A stretch of DNA of 63,603 nt, the filler included, from Reticulomyxa filosa (Eukaryota > Protista > Foraminifera), in the NCBI GenBank assembly GCA_000512085.1. It is 18 parts of 18 records of this genome, joined end to end, with 100 filler letters (N's around TTAATTAATTAA, not from the genome) between each part and the next. Parts side by side here need not be neighbours in the genome. Positions count along the whole stretch, not along the records: positions 8,771 to 14,384 come from ASPP01027561.1; positions 14,485 to 18,388 come from ASPP01015452.1; positions 18,489 to 25,001 come from ASPP01018209.1; 15 more parts are not named here. One strand, given 5' to 3'. The notes under the pieces were generated by a model, which saw nothing but the letters and a program-made list of their open reading frames with translations, ran no database searches and was not told the origin of the DNA. Each line of letters opens with the position of its first letter. The first letter of the stretch is position 1. Positions 11,183 to 25,101 of the stretch are shown in pieces. The position numbers were made by a program, and so were the translations under genes.

Positions 11183-14100
11183 TCAAAATATTCCACCACG
11201 TTGTTTCACAAGCAATTTTTGTAGAGATGTTAAACCTTTTGTATCTTTCCAAACACTACTTATCATTGACAAACCACGTTGGTTACCAGCTTTCCAAATA
11301 TAGTTTACTGAATTCCTTTCAGTTACATTAACAATTTTGCCATTATCACTACCCCATAATCGAATTGTTTTATCATTTGAACATGAAACTAATTTTGAAC
11401 CATCAGGTGATATGCAAATATCGTTAATAGCTCCATTATGTCCTTCCAATAATTGGATCTCCCTTTCTGAAGATACATCCCATATTCGAATAGTCTTGTC
11501 ATCCGAACACGAAAAAATTTTAGAACCATCTGGGGATAATTGTATTCCGAATATCCAATCTGAATGCCCTTCTAATATTTGGATATCGTCCCCAGTTAAT
11601 ATATTCCAAATTCGAATTGTATTATCTTTTGAGCAAGATACGATTTTAGCGCCATCTGGAAAAAATTGTGCGTCTAGTACATCAGCCTTATGTCCTTTTA
11701 ACAATTTAATTTGATTTCCAGATGATATGTCCCATATTCGAATCGTTTTATCACTTGAACATGACACGACTTTAGTACCATCTGGAGAAAATGATGCACT
11801 ATTCACAACTCCTGTATGCTTTTTTAATAATAAAATTTGGTCTCCAGATGATACATCCCATACTCGAACTGTTTTATCATCTGAACATGATACAATTTTA
11901 GATTCATCCGGAGAAATTGCTATTTCATTTACCTCATCAGAATGTCCTTCCAATAATTGGATCTGTCTTCCTGATGATATATCCCATATTCGAATTGTCT
12001 CATCCTTTGAGCATGATACAAGCTTGGAATTATCTGGTAAAAATTCTATGTTGTATATCACACCAGAATGTCCTTTTAATAGTTGGATCTGTTTTCCTGA
12101 TAGTATATCCCATATCCGAATCATATTGTCATCTGAATATGATATGATTTTGGAACCATCTGATGAAAATATCGCTCCACATACAATTTGTGAATGACCT
12201 TCAAACACTTGAATTTGTCTTCCTGATTGTACATCCCATAATCGAATAGTTTTATCCGCAGAACATGACGCAATTTTAGAACCATCAGGAGAAAACTTTA
12301 CGTCCATTATCATACCTAACTCTCCTCCTGTTAACTGAATTTTTTTTTCTAAAGCTATATCCCATACACGAATAGTGCTGTCAGCTGAGCATGACAAAAT
12401 TTTGCGTTCATTTGAAAAAAATTCCACTCCAGTTATTTTATTTGAATGTCCTTCTAATTCTTGAATCTGTTTTCCAGATGACACGTCCCATAATCGGACT
12501 GTATTATCATCCGAACCTGATACAATTTTAGAGCCATTAGATGAAAATCGTGCTATTATTACCGAATCTATATGTCCTTCTAACATTTGAAGTTGTTTTC
12601 CAGACAATAGATCCCATAATCGAATAGTATAATCATCTGAATATGACAATATTTTTGAACCATCTGGTGAAAATTGAATTCCATTTATATCATCCATATG
12701 TCCTTCTAATAATTGAATTTGTTTACCTGATACTACATCCCATATTCGAATAGTTTTATCATCTGAATATGATATAATATTTAATCCATTGGGTGTAAAG
12801 TGTACCCCAACTACATCATCTGAATGTCCTTCTAACAATTGAAGCTGTGTTCCAGATAATGCATCCCATATCCGTATACTTTTATCTTCTGAGCATGATA
12901 CAATTTTGGAATAATCTGGTGAAAATTGCACTGTATTCACAGAATTTGAATGTCCTTCTAATAACTTAACTTGTTCCCCAGATGACACATCCCATATTCT
13001 AATAGTTTTGTCCAATGAACTTGACACAATCTTAGAACAATCTAATGAAAATTGCGCAGCAGTTATAGTTGATGAGTGTCCTTTTAAAATTTGAATTTGT
13101 TGACCTGATAATACGTCCCATATTCTGATAGTCTTATCTCGTGAGCATGACATAATTTTAGATCCATCATGTGAAAACTGTATTTCATCTATTTTATCTG
13201 AATGCTCTTTCAATACACAAAGTTGGTTACTTGACGCTGTATCCCATATTCGAATAGTTTTATCATTTGAATAGGATGCTACTTTGGTTCTATCTGGTGA
13301 AAATTGAATTCCTATTACTTCATCTGAATGCCCTTCTAAATATATATATTCTCCAAAGTAAACATTGTTCATTGATGTATTTGTGAAATGGACTTTGGTT
13401 AAACAAGTTTGATAAAGACTCACATTATCTAAATTTGCATTACTAAAATTGGTTCCTTCAAGAAAAGCATGATCCAAAATTGCATAAGGGATTTTTACAT
13501 TGCTCCAATTTTGATAACTCATGTTGATATTAGCCGAATTGAGTATTGTAATTGCATTTGCTGCTGCAATACTAACATTTTCATTATTTTTTGATGATTC
13601 AATAATTCGAAATAACCTTGATTTTAAATTTACAAATATTAAATTATTGTCATGAATTCTTTCAGCAATAAACTGGATAATCCCCAATTCTTCATTTAAT
13701 AATTTGCAATTAATAGATAATTTTTGAACATATGTTTCAAATTGTTGTTGAAACTGTTGATTATTTATATCAACAATAATATTGGGTTTCCATGAAAGGA
13801 TATCAAGCATAATTTTTTGTGCTGCATAATATTCTTGACATGATTTATGTACAAATTGATATTTGTTATCACCAACTTTTCTTAATACATATTTTGCAAT
13901 ACTGTCACCATTGAAATATTGATCCCAAATATCTTGTTTTTTTGTAACTGTAGTATTAGATATATTCTCTTTTATTTTTAATCTTTCATATTCACTTTTG
14001 GTCTCTGCCTCTATTATTGGATCTAATTTACTCCAGATTTTATCTTTTTCATATTCTTTATAATCATGTTCTGTTGCAACTTGATTTCCTTGCATAAACA

Positions 14101-14384
14101 TTTCAAATCCTAAATCTTGACAATATTGTTGAAATGCAAATTTGATTTTTTTGGGAATTGATTGAATTCTTAACTCTGATAATTTATGTACAATATTTTT
14201 TACATGAATATCAATCCATTGTTCATTGAATGCTTCATAAATTTGGGATTTTGATATTTTGGTTCCAATGGAATGTCGTTTCATTAATGATGGTAATACA
14301 GTTAATATTATTTGAAGTAAAAATGGTTCTCCCATCATTGTATTTAAATTTGGATAATTTTTCAATGTTTCTTCATATTGTTGT
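11183..14384 (-). CDS. NACHT/STAND-type protein C-terminal half: winged-helix region, pentapeptide repeats, 16 WD40 repeats (5'-partial)
   Basis: FVHKSCQEYYAA matches the NACHT-associated FxHxSxQEYxAA motif. AFLEG/TNFSN/ANLDN pentapeptides. 16 tandem 42-aa GH...IRIWD units. Single uninterrupted 3.2-kb ORF; the P-loop would lie beyond the contig end. Confidence 0.9.
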
Positions 14385-16545
14385 NNNNNNNNNNNNNNNN
14401 NNNNNNNNNNNNNNNNNNNNNNNNNNNNTTAATTAATTAANNNNNNNNNNNNNNNNNNNNNNNNNNNNNNNNNNNNNNNNNNNNATATATATTAGAAATA
14501 CAAAATGAGACACGTAAAGTTACGGGGTTTAAAAGGAAGTATTGTATTTGTGTTGGATAGTTTCTATATAATCGAATTGGACAAGTGATTTTAAATAGTA
14601 CTAATTCAAGCATTAAACAATTTAATATAGGGTCATCTTTATTATATTGCTATTCATATTATACATTAATAACATCACACAAACATTCAGGCATCAAGGA
14701 AAATTAGTTATCTGACATTCATGTGTTCATACAAAGGGATCGGCTAATGTGATCACTACATTGCATCTATTGGAATTACGAAAAAACAAGGATAAATGAA
14801 ATTATTACAGAAATGTGTGAGATGAAGTGATAAGTCATCAGATCATAATTTAACTTTGGATACCAATTGTGGAAATCGAACAATGAATTCAAAGGAGATG
14901 AAATATGCGATTGGCGTGGGAAATTGTAACATTATTTCGAGCATATATTCATGGTGATGAAGCAGGAATATCAGCATAATCAATGCCCACATTGGAATAA
15001 ACCACTAAATCAGATTGCCAAGCTTCAACATTACCATTTGTGAAGTGACATCGTTGGATGGAACACTGTAGTTATTTTTGCAGTGAAATTTTTTTTTTTG
15101 CTAAGACAAGGTCTTTTCAAAAAAGAAATTAGTATGATGTACGCTGATTTTAACTTTGCTAAAAAGTTGCTTTTTTGAGGGAATTTGAGTCGAGGAAGTT
15201 GTATTTCAGTTCATCTTCCAGATTTTTAACTTATTTTGAAATTCACATTTAACGATTTCAGTTTGAAAATACTTCAGGAATTTTCCGGCGGAAAATTGGA
15301 GACCTTTATGGAGAATATTGGAAAATTATTGGACTAACTTTTTTTTAAAGAATTATTGAAAACACTATTTGAGTGCAGATTTAGTTGATTGACGGTTAAA
15401 TTTTGCTATTGGAACTATGGGAAAAAAGGAGCAAATAAGTACAAATTGTTGTAAAAAGTCGGGAGTGTCCAGATTTGAAAGATAGCACAGACTAGCGCAC
15501 AACATTTTTATTTTCAGGAATAGTGGATTTCACCTTGCAAAATTTTTTTCAGGTTTATTTGGAGTTCATGAAATTTTTTGGAGTTTTTTCAGAGTGCAAA
15601 ATCTTTCAATGTATCAACTTCTTGTGGTGATTCTTTTGATATATTCTTCAACAACACAAATCTAGCAGCAGACAGTGATGTCAGATGCAAGAATAGTAAA
15701 TATCATTCAACTTACAAGAGAATCCAAAATTCTAATTACCACCACAAACAACCTCAAGCAAAACTGCTACAACTTAAAACAAACAAAATGTTGAAGCATT
15801 TTTTCTTTGACCGCTTTTTCGACCGTTGCTTGTATCGGATTTTTCCAGTTGTTTCTCGGCCTCAGGGGGCCTTTTCTTTGATTTCCAGGCCTTCAGGGGC
15901 TTGCCTTCGGTTTCCGGCCCTTCAAAAATCTTTTCTTTGGTTTTCTGGCCTTGGGGCCTTTTCTTGATCGGGGCCTGCTCCTCGCACGTTGCTGACACGA
16001 GTGCTTTCATCGCATCTTAATGAGATAAAGAATCGCGATGAGTAGATGTATTTTGCATTCTTGTCACTCCTTTTCGCTCGGCTGTTACCCCTTGTTGGCT
16101 TTTAGCTAGCCAATGATGAATGGAATATTTTTTTTCCATTTTAACTTGCCAAATAGCGACTGAGAAAACGTATGTGTTTTCAAGTTCTTTGCAAATAATT
16201 TATCTTTAATTCGGATAATAATTCATTTACATACTAATGTAGGATTTATATTACAAAAGTAATTCTTTCGTAATTTTTTGGCCTTTCTTCAATTGTTCTG
16301 CTTTATTCTAAGATTTTTTTCTGAACTTTGAAGTTTTGTTTCTTATTTGATCTTTCATTTTAACGTTATTATCATCTGACTTGTTCTTTTCAAAGATTTT
16401 TTGTCACTTGGTTTGATATAATCTAACGACGTTCTGCTTCTTAAGTTAATATCATTATTTGTCAATGATCTTTTGTTACATTCTTTTTACTATTGCTGTC
16501 CATAGAAAGAAAATTCATTTTAACATCATTTATCTTTAATATCAA

Positions 16546-16791
16546 TTTTGCAAAAAAAGTTGTATTTTGAAGGAGATTGAAAACAAAAGCAACACATGTG
16601 AAGTCATTTGGTTGACTTGTTTAATAGCAAAGTGGCTTAATTTTGTTTGATATTTTTGATTGAGTGGCATGTTTCCTGCAACCTCGTTTGGACCGTTGAG
16701 TAGCTGACAGATCTATGACATTCCACAATATCCGCAGTATTTAGTTACTTTTATCTTCAATCTCCATCAAAATACAACTTTTTTTGCAAAA
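16546..16791. repeat. Inverted repeat with 48-bp arms (44/48 identical), MITE/TIR-like
   Basis: 16546-16593 TTTTGCAAAAAAAGTTGTATTTTGAAGGAGATTGAAAACAAAAGCAAC versus the reverse complement of 16744-16791. Confidence 0.85.
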
Positions 16792-16929
16792 GTTAATACA
16801 GTTTGAAGAAAACAAAGCAGTACACCTAAAAAAAAGGAGGCTTTTTTAGTATTGACTTGTATATCTTTATTGAAAAGAGATAAAGTAAAAATCATTATGT
16901 GCAATGTGATAAGTTTACAAAGGGAAGAG

Positions 16930-17165
16930 CTGTGCAAATGCTTTTGGATGAAAAGTCTATGTGATCTGAATCCAATTGGGAATTTTTGTTGGATTACTAA
17001 GCGCCGTACTTACAAAAATGGACCATTTTCCAGCAAATGTGAGCTCTTTGAGGAGTTTAGCAATGGTACTCGATTGAAGGTGATTTGTGCGACAGGCTTA
17101 TTTCTTCAATGCCTAAGCACATTTATGCTGTGATAAAGATTGAGGGCGATGTCACAAAGTGGTAA
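16930..17165 (+). mobile_element. Degenerate Tc1/mariner transposase C-terminus
   Basis: DLNPIGNFCWITKRRTYKN (cf. SPDLNPIENLW) and, after a frameshift, MPKHIYAVIKIEGDVTKW* (cf. MPxRxxxVIxxxGxxTKY). Confidence 0.75.
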
Positions 17166-18511
17166 ATTAAACATAAAAGCTTCTTTTAAACCCAAGTGTA
17201 AACGTTTGTTAAACTGATTATTTTTCTTTACAGTTTGATAGAGATGTAATAAAAAAATTTTTATTACAAAAAAAAGGCAAATGTAAAAGCAAGATAAATA
17301 AATTGAACGTATAACCTTTCAAATAAATGCAAGAGATAAGAGGAAAGATAGTCTGTGATTTGTTTTATGTATCTAATAAAGATATACAAATCAAAGACTA
17401 CTTTTTTTATGTATGGCCTTTTTTGCAAGTTACTATATTAATAATGAATTTTTTTAATTCAACATAATCAGTTCTCCAATTATTAATCAATGGAAGAATT
17501 GGTGATGAACATAATGTAATGTAAATGCTTGCAATCAAATAGCAATGTGTTAATAATATGTAATACTTTCTTTTTTAAAGCCTTTGCACGTGAGGGCGTA
17601 AAGGTGTCAGACTACTCCTTGCTTCGTTATTCAATCATCACTGTTATTCGCACCGACCCCTCTATCTCAAAACTTCTCATGTTCGATATCTTGACGTTGA
17701 AATGCAACAATGTCTTTATTGCTACTTGCCATGGTTTTTTTTTAGCAAGAATGAGATCTTATCCAAGTTAAAATGAGCACCTCGTCCCAAAAGGAACACA
17801 TTACTCTAATGAAAACAAACAAAAAAAGTAAAATATCAACAAGACATATCAAAAACTCACACAATCAACAACGTAAAAAAAAAATTTTAAGTTTTAATTT
17901 AGATATCTGAAAGTTTTCAACTAGTAAAAAGATTTTTTATCGATAAAAAAATTATTTTTTTTTGTAGTTTGAAAGTATTTTCTTTGTATCTTTGTCTTTG
18001 TTTCTGTTTTGCCATAATCTTGTTGAAGACGAAAATCGTTGTTGATAATCAAAATTAACTTCGAACTTCTTTTAGATACTGCTAGATGTTGCAGTAGCTA
18101 GTTGTTCTGCGCTTGTCTTCAGCTTTTTTTTCAAAAGTTTATATAGATGATGAAGGATTAAGTATTCACTATATTCCACATTAAATCCAGTGCAAATGAT
18201 CTTTTATTGTATTGTTTGTTTGATATTATTTTTAGTTGAAAAAGTTACATTGACAATAGTCAATCATTTAAATCTTTCAACTATGTAATTTCATTTCTAC
18301 AATAGTTTCTTGATCTGTTCTCAATATATATTCTTGAACAAATGCTGTTTATTTCTATATTTGATATTACTTCATTTCTACTTTGTTTNNNNNNNNNNNN
18401 NNNNNNNNNNNNNNNNNNNNNNNNNNNNNNNNTTAATTAATTAANNNNNNNNNNNNNNNNNNNNNNNNNNNNNNNNNNNNNNNNNNNNCGCATGTGAATA
18501 CAAATATAATG

Positions 18512-18548
<37 letters not shown>

Positions 18549-18551
<3 letters not shown>

Positions 18552-20068
18552 AAAGGGCAAGAAACGGAAAAAAAGTTAAACGAATTGAAAAATGAAATGA
18601 AAGAAATGGAAGTGGAAAAATACCAAAAGAAGGAGCAGGCGCTGGCGCTGGACCAAGACATTCACAAAAAAAACAAGAGTTGAGCGCGCAGGATTTCCAA
18701 ATGCAATGGAAATCGAAGCAAATGGAGGAAGAGATGCAAATCAAACTGGAAGAAATGAACGCGTCCATTGCGGTGAAACACGAAGAGTTTTCCAAACTCA
18801 CCAACGAATGTGCACAGCAGCAATCGCAATTAAAGGCTTTGCAAGACAGTGTTGCGCCACAAATGGCCTTGCTTAAAGAACTCGAATTGAAACTTCAATG
18901 CAAAGTCTGTATTTGTATTTGTATTTGTATTTGTATGTATGTGTATAAGGCATTGATATTGATATTGACATTGACATTGACAAAAAAAAAAAAAAAATAA
19001 ATTACAAACAGCAAAAGGAGCTGAAGAATGAAAGCGAGAAATTAGATGCGATGCGAGAAGAGCTGCGAACGTTGGAACACGCGAGGTTAGGAAAATACAA
19101 AGAAGTGAAACATATCGAAGAGGAAATGCTGTGCAAGTGCAGCGAACTCGAGAAAACTAACGGGCAATTCGAGGAATCCATCAAGCATTTAAAAGAATCC
19201 AAAACGAGTTTGCAGCAAGTCCAACAAGATCTTGGTTACGTTGTTTTTTTCCAATTGCCATATTGATGGTGTTTCATTGCAATAACAATTTTTTTTTTTT
19301 AATTCGACTAAAGACATTCGCAATGAAGAGTTGAAATCCATTTTGGATCGTGTAAACGCAGCAAAGAACGAATTACAGACGTGCGTTAACAGTAATGCCA
19401 ATAACAAAACAAGCAATTCGCAAGCTCGAAGTGAAGAAGCCACTCCAAACCAGCAAAAGAAGTGGCTCTCCAGGTCGACATCACTACCTTCTCCTGAAAT
19501 GCAAAAAACCTTTGATACACCACCGCCTCCAGAACCTCGTATCAATGATGGTTTGTCAAATGACTCCACAAATTTGTTTCTATATGTTTTTTTTTTCCTT
19601 TTCCTCTCCCCTCCCCCCATCTTGTATCCTAATTTATTGTGTATGTATGGGTGATTTTCAAACTAACTTTGTTGGGCATCTCGTGATTCGATCCCTCAGT
19701 CATTTCGTTCAGTCCGTTGCAGCTCTCATTGGAAGAGTTCCAGCAAATTGGCAAGAATTGGACCATGAACGATACAAGTGGCCTGGCCAATATGGAAAGC
19801 GCATCACCGGAAAAAGTGTTGCAGTCGGTGGAAAAGTTGAGACGCATTTTGGATGCAATGTGCTATCCACAAGGAGGATGCGTATTTTCCTTGCAGGCGT
19901 CGATACGTCACTGCAAGTCTATACAACAAAGTTTGGAACATAGAAACGTTCAACTCATCTCCTTGTTGAAACATTCCAGTCATATTACTGGAAACGAAAA
20001 CATTTCAGAATTGTCCGCGACTTCTGGTGTATTTTTATTTATTTTTTTAAGTGGTGTATTAGGAGAAA

Positions 20069-20099
<31 letters not shown>

Positions 20100-22391
20100 T
20101 AACAGAACAATCAAGAGCAGTGAATGACTTAGCACCGACCTATGAAAGCTTACAAGTAATAAAAAAGCAATTAAACAGACTGCATACTGAGCGACAGCAC
20201 TTGGAGAAATCTTTGCAATATGCTTTGTCCCTCGTCAGCAGGTAAACATAAAAACGAATTAGTATGTGTGTATACGTAGTTTCATTGGCAGTGGATCATT
20301 TTTTTTATTTCCGATTTAAAAAGAAAATGAATAAATACATAAAGCAATGACGACAAAGAAGAAGCATCAGCAAGTACGGTTGCATCATCCAATGCCTCTG
20401 TGAAATCCGGCAAAGAGTTACGAGATATGAAAGGCGAACTGCACGAGTTGAAACAACAGTTGCTACAATTGCGACACTTATGCGATGATCAAAAACACAA
20501 ATTGAAAATATGTCTGTCGAGAAATCGCAACTGCAAAAGAAACAGTTTGCACAGACACAAAGTGAAATAAATTTGCATCATTTACAATTTAAATTCAAAA
20601 TTGAAAATCTGCTCAGTTTGATGAGCAACCAACAGTCACAATGGTCTGTGCGCTTATCCAAATGTAGCAAAAAGCTTCATGGGATTGAGGGTAATCTTCA
20701 ATTGCTGACTAAGACATGGAAACAAACCTTGGAACATGACAGCAACGAAATCGAACAGAAAGAAATAGCTGACGCAGCCAAAAATTCAAAAAAACGCTTG
20801 GAAGATATAGAAACGCAATGGAAACGTAAAAACGAGGAATTAAAACAAGTTGAAAAAGATTTGGATTATCAACGAAAAGTGTTGAGAGAATTAAAGGACC
20901 AATCTGAATTGATGAAACAAAAAGCAATACAAGGAGAAATTTATGAGGTTATATCTCTTTTTTGTTTTATTCACACTTGTTCTTAATTAGAGACAAGACT
21001 ACACTTTGAATTTTGTAAATATATAATTGTAAGGCTTCTGGCCCTACTTTGGCTCGGCAAATTAGCAACAAAGTTCGTATTCAAAAAGAGTTGCAAGAAT
21101 TAAGTGATGAGCTAGCAGCAAAAAAAATTCAATTGGAACAAATTAATCACAAGTTGCAGCAGTCTCAATCAACCGAACCTCAACATCTTCGAAACGAAAA
21201 TCTTTTCAAACCGTCATCTTCGAGTCAAAAAGACCAAGAACTGGAGCAAGAGCAAAAACTCCATGATCTGCAAGAATTGTACAAAAACAAGGAAAAACAA
21301 TTGCGCAAACGAGTTACCTTTTTTTAGTTTTTTAAATATTGTGGATATTTTATATGCATCAAGTACTTTCAATATTTGCATTATCTTTTTTTATTTTTTT
21401 ATTTTTTATGAAAAAAGATTGATCGCTACAAAAAGGAGCTGCAAAAACGAGATGAAGAATTACATCGAATTGAATCACTATTGAGCCAATCACACCCTGC
21501 AAAAGATCAGCTTACCAGAAATATGGAAAGGTAAAATGTTATTTACCATCAAATTGAATACAATCTGTTTACAATTGCGTTCATACAGAGAAACAATAGA
21601 TGCATTGAAACAACTGCAGTTAGAAAGAGCATGTCAACTGCATGAAAGCGAATTAAAAGATCAGTTAGCAAATCGTGATGCACAGATTCGTTTTTTGATT
21701 GAACATTTTGGCCAAGCAAAGCAACAGGAACCTCTTCGCAAAGAAAAGGATATCAATCTTCCTGACAATGAGACGTCTATGTTATCTTTGCCATCAATGC
21801 GATCTCGAAAACCAGCTTTAGAAAAACTTACCAATAAACTGGAAGATGGGTCTACATCACATAGAAAAGATAAAGTATCAAAACAATCAGCTTCGCAAAA
21901 GGATTCCAATCAATTCATTTCCTTTCCATCGACACAGCAGCACAAGTTAACAATTGGCTTATTTATGTAATTTTTTTTGTTACTTTCACACAGGTGTGCT
22001 TTTTTTTTATGTGATATTTACAACATTCATTTTAAAAAATCAAAAAAGAGAGGAAGTGCTAACAGATACCACATCAAGTTTGGACAACTCCTTTTCAGTA
22101 CAATATGTGAGCTCTTCTGACGGTGTTAAAAGTTCCAAGAAAAAACCCAACGCGAGCAGGTCGCCAAAAGACATTTCTTTGGCTGACATGATCAAAGAAG
22201 ATGTATGGAGCAAGAAAATGAAATACAAACACAAACAACATGAAAAAACGCAAAGGTATGTATATTTTCACAATATCGTTGTATTTCTTCGTTCAAATGA
22301 TTTGCTTTCTTTTTGCAGGAAACAAGAATTAAATGACAGTGCAGATGAAAACGACCGCAGATATGAAGAACTTGCAAAAATTTATACATGA
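18549..22391 (+). CDS. Large multi-exon coiled-coil protein, 5'-partial
   Basis: Series of E/Q/K/L heptad-rich exons on + separated by GT-AG introns, ending in TGA at 22391. No family recognised. Confidence 0.7.
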
Positions 22392-22921
22392 CAAACACAA
22401 TTTGTTCCAAATTTTTTTGTATTCTTTGTTGGGAAGGGAATTCAAATTTACTTTGTAATGGGTATTTAATTAAAAGGCAGAAAATGGCTATTTACATAAA
22501 AAGAAGAAATCCGGCTAAATAAATTTTTCAAAGGCTGGATAAATCCTTTGCAGCTTCAGTTAATCAAAGCATTCGTTCATAATCTAGTGCACCTTTTCAA
22601 AAGCATTCTCATTTTTTGTTTAGTTTCTTAGTAATATTTTCTAATTAAATTTTCAATAATGAAAAAATAAATGGCATGTTAACGAAAACAAATTACGGAA
22701 GCACAAGTGCACGTAATAAAAGACATCCTTTAAAAGTGTATTCATTTAAAATTGATCGTGTACGAGTTTGCCAACAGCTTGAAAAGTTGCTGCTCGTTCA
22801 CAATTGAGAAAAAGGAGTGCCATATTTGGCTTTCAAATAATAGAGTACTCTTAAAAAGAATTACTTATCGACTCTGATTTTGCTTGGAGTTTTAGTCTTA
22901 TATTTGGATGCACGAGTTTTA

Positions 22922-25001
22922 TCAATATGAATCTAAGAATGAAGTGAAAATCTTCAGTGCATCGTCAATAAAAGATCGAGAGTTGTGCATCCATCCCGAT
23001 CCAAGAACGATATTGCACTTGTATTCCTGACTTTTGGCAGACACTGTCAATGCTTCCTCGTATGTTGCTCCACCCACCATAAAAATTATTAAATCCCTTG
23101 GACTGATTCATCACAACAACACAAACAAGGTAAATTGTATAAATACAATAAAAAGACAACATAAAGTATATTACCTCTCTTTGAATGTTTTTCCGGAGAT
23201 GGAAGGGTATTGTTCTAATTTCAATTGATTCTTCATCACATCGTCAATAACACGACTTAACAATGGCTTGTGTTGAGTAAACACACACTCCACATCGCTC
23301 ACTTTGAATTTTGCGAAAGCGGTCAATTTGCCAATCAGGTTGCTCTTTTCGTCATCAAATAATGGAGTTGAACGGCTTCCAGTGCCAAAATATTTTGTTA
23401 TCGAATTCAACAACTGAAAACGATACAAGCATTACACTTTTAGTTTGAGAAGGGGGGAGGAAAAAAAAATACGGCAAAAAAGCCTCAACTTCCACTTCTC
23501 TCCCTTCAAATTTACAATTTTGTCGTAACAAATCTCTCAATCTTGGTAAACGATCTTGTAACTTGTGTTCATAACGTAAAACGTAGATCAATGCCAATCT
23601 TAACTTGTCAAAATCTTGAATGCTGGCATCTTTGATATGTTTTTCCAATTCATTGAAATGTTGAGTGGATTTGTTTTCGCAGACCATCTCTTGTTCCAAC
23701 AGAGATATATCCATCATTTTTCGTCGAGCTACAACATCTCGCAATTCATGAACAACAGCCAAATGTTTGGAAACGGATCCTTGTTCTGCTAAAAACTCAG
23801 GATAATTTTCCACAAATTTTTGCATATCTTCAATGGTTTTCAGTCCACATGTTTCTTTGCGTTTTGCTGCAAATTGTTGCACATAACGTTGAGTTGTCTC
23901 AGCAAATTCACCATAGTTTTTCATTAAGTTTTCCTCAAAGAATTTATCATTAAACGGATTCATTACCACTTCCTGTACATTTAACCCATCAATCGGAGTA
24001 GACAAACAAAACGTCGCATTATGATATCTTTGTCTTCAATTTTTTGGGTATCGTAACAAAAAAAAAAAAGGGGAGGGAGTGCTGAATATACGTATACGTA
24101 TGTCCATTTGAGAAAGCAAGAAAGTAAAGTATAGCTCACAACAACAAATAAATAATAGCAAAAAACACAAAACATCAATGGTCGCTTCACCGATACTTTT
24201 CTTTTCCTCTTCTTTTTCCTTGGTTTTGGAAGGCAAGTGCACTCTGGAATTGGTAATGGTGAGTAATTCATGAACCATTGCTTGATACGTCCATTGTGAC
24301 AACAATGGAGTGACCGGATCATCTTTTCGATCTAATATCAGTAGCAATGGCTTATTTTCTGATTCTTGCCAAGCAAACAACTCTTTTTCATTCGATATTG
24401 CTCTCTGTCCCATTATTATTATTATTATTATTATTTATTATTATCATTTTTATCATTATTGTTATTTTTTTAAATTACAACAAATAAAATAAAATAAAAT
24501 AATTTGTTGTGAGTCATTGTTATTTTAGAAAAGATTGATATTTTTAACATCAATTTCTTTGGCCATTTTAGTTGCCAAGTGTGACATCTTTTGATATCGA
24601 ACGAGAGGGTTTTTTTTCACGGCTAATAAAAAAGCCACCAATGCATCCACTTGTCGTTGCCATTTTACTACGTCTGTCGCCAGCCAATCTCTTTCTTCTT
24701 TGTAAAATCCAAATTGCCCCTCACATTGCAAGCTCCAAAGATCTCTGTTAATTGGATAGATATCTCCAAACAATTCCTTTTTTTTTTTTTTTTTTTATTG
24801 TATTGTGCCGTATGTTTTCAGCTTCCTAACAACCCAATGTTTAAAAAAAACTCTTCCTTCTTCCCTCTTTTGCGTTTTTTCTTAAGTTTTGTACCTGCAC
24901 TTGTTTAACGACTTGGTATTCATCAGCTTGGGCCAAGCGTGACAATTTGTGCTCTTCTAATCGATTGCTGAAAACTAATTCATACAGCATACACGCAAAT
25001 C
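22922..25001 (-). CDS. VPS45: Sec1/Munc18-family protein VPS45, 5'-partial, multi-exon
   Basis: [70 protein letters not shown]. Confidence 0.95.
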
Positions 25002-25101
25002 NNNNNNNNNNNNNNNNNNNNNNNNNNNNNNNNNNNNNNNNNNNNTTAATTAATTAANNNNNNNNNNNNNNNNNNNNNNNNNNNNNNNNNNNNNNNNNNN
25101 N

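Noticed and set aside
11337-12197. Plus-strand ORFs over the WD40 gene and similar F/L-rich antisense ORFs (e.g. 140-436, 54663-55436, 59308-60351)
   Set aside because: Antisense shadows of real repeat-rich, low-complexity or high-GC CDSs.
14700-15060. Possible LINE endonuclease relic (SSDHNL motif)
   Set aside because: Only a short SDH-like match in heavily interrupted frames; insufficient support.
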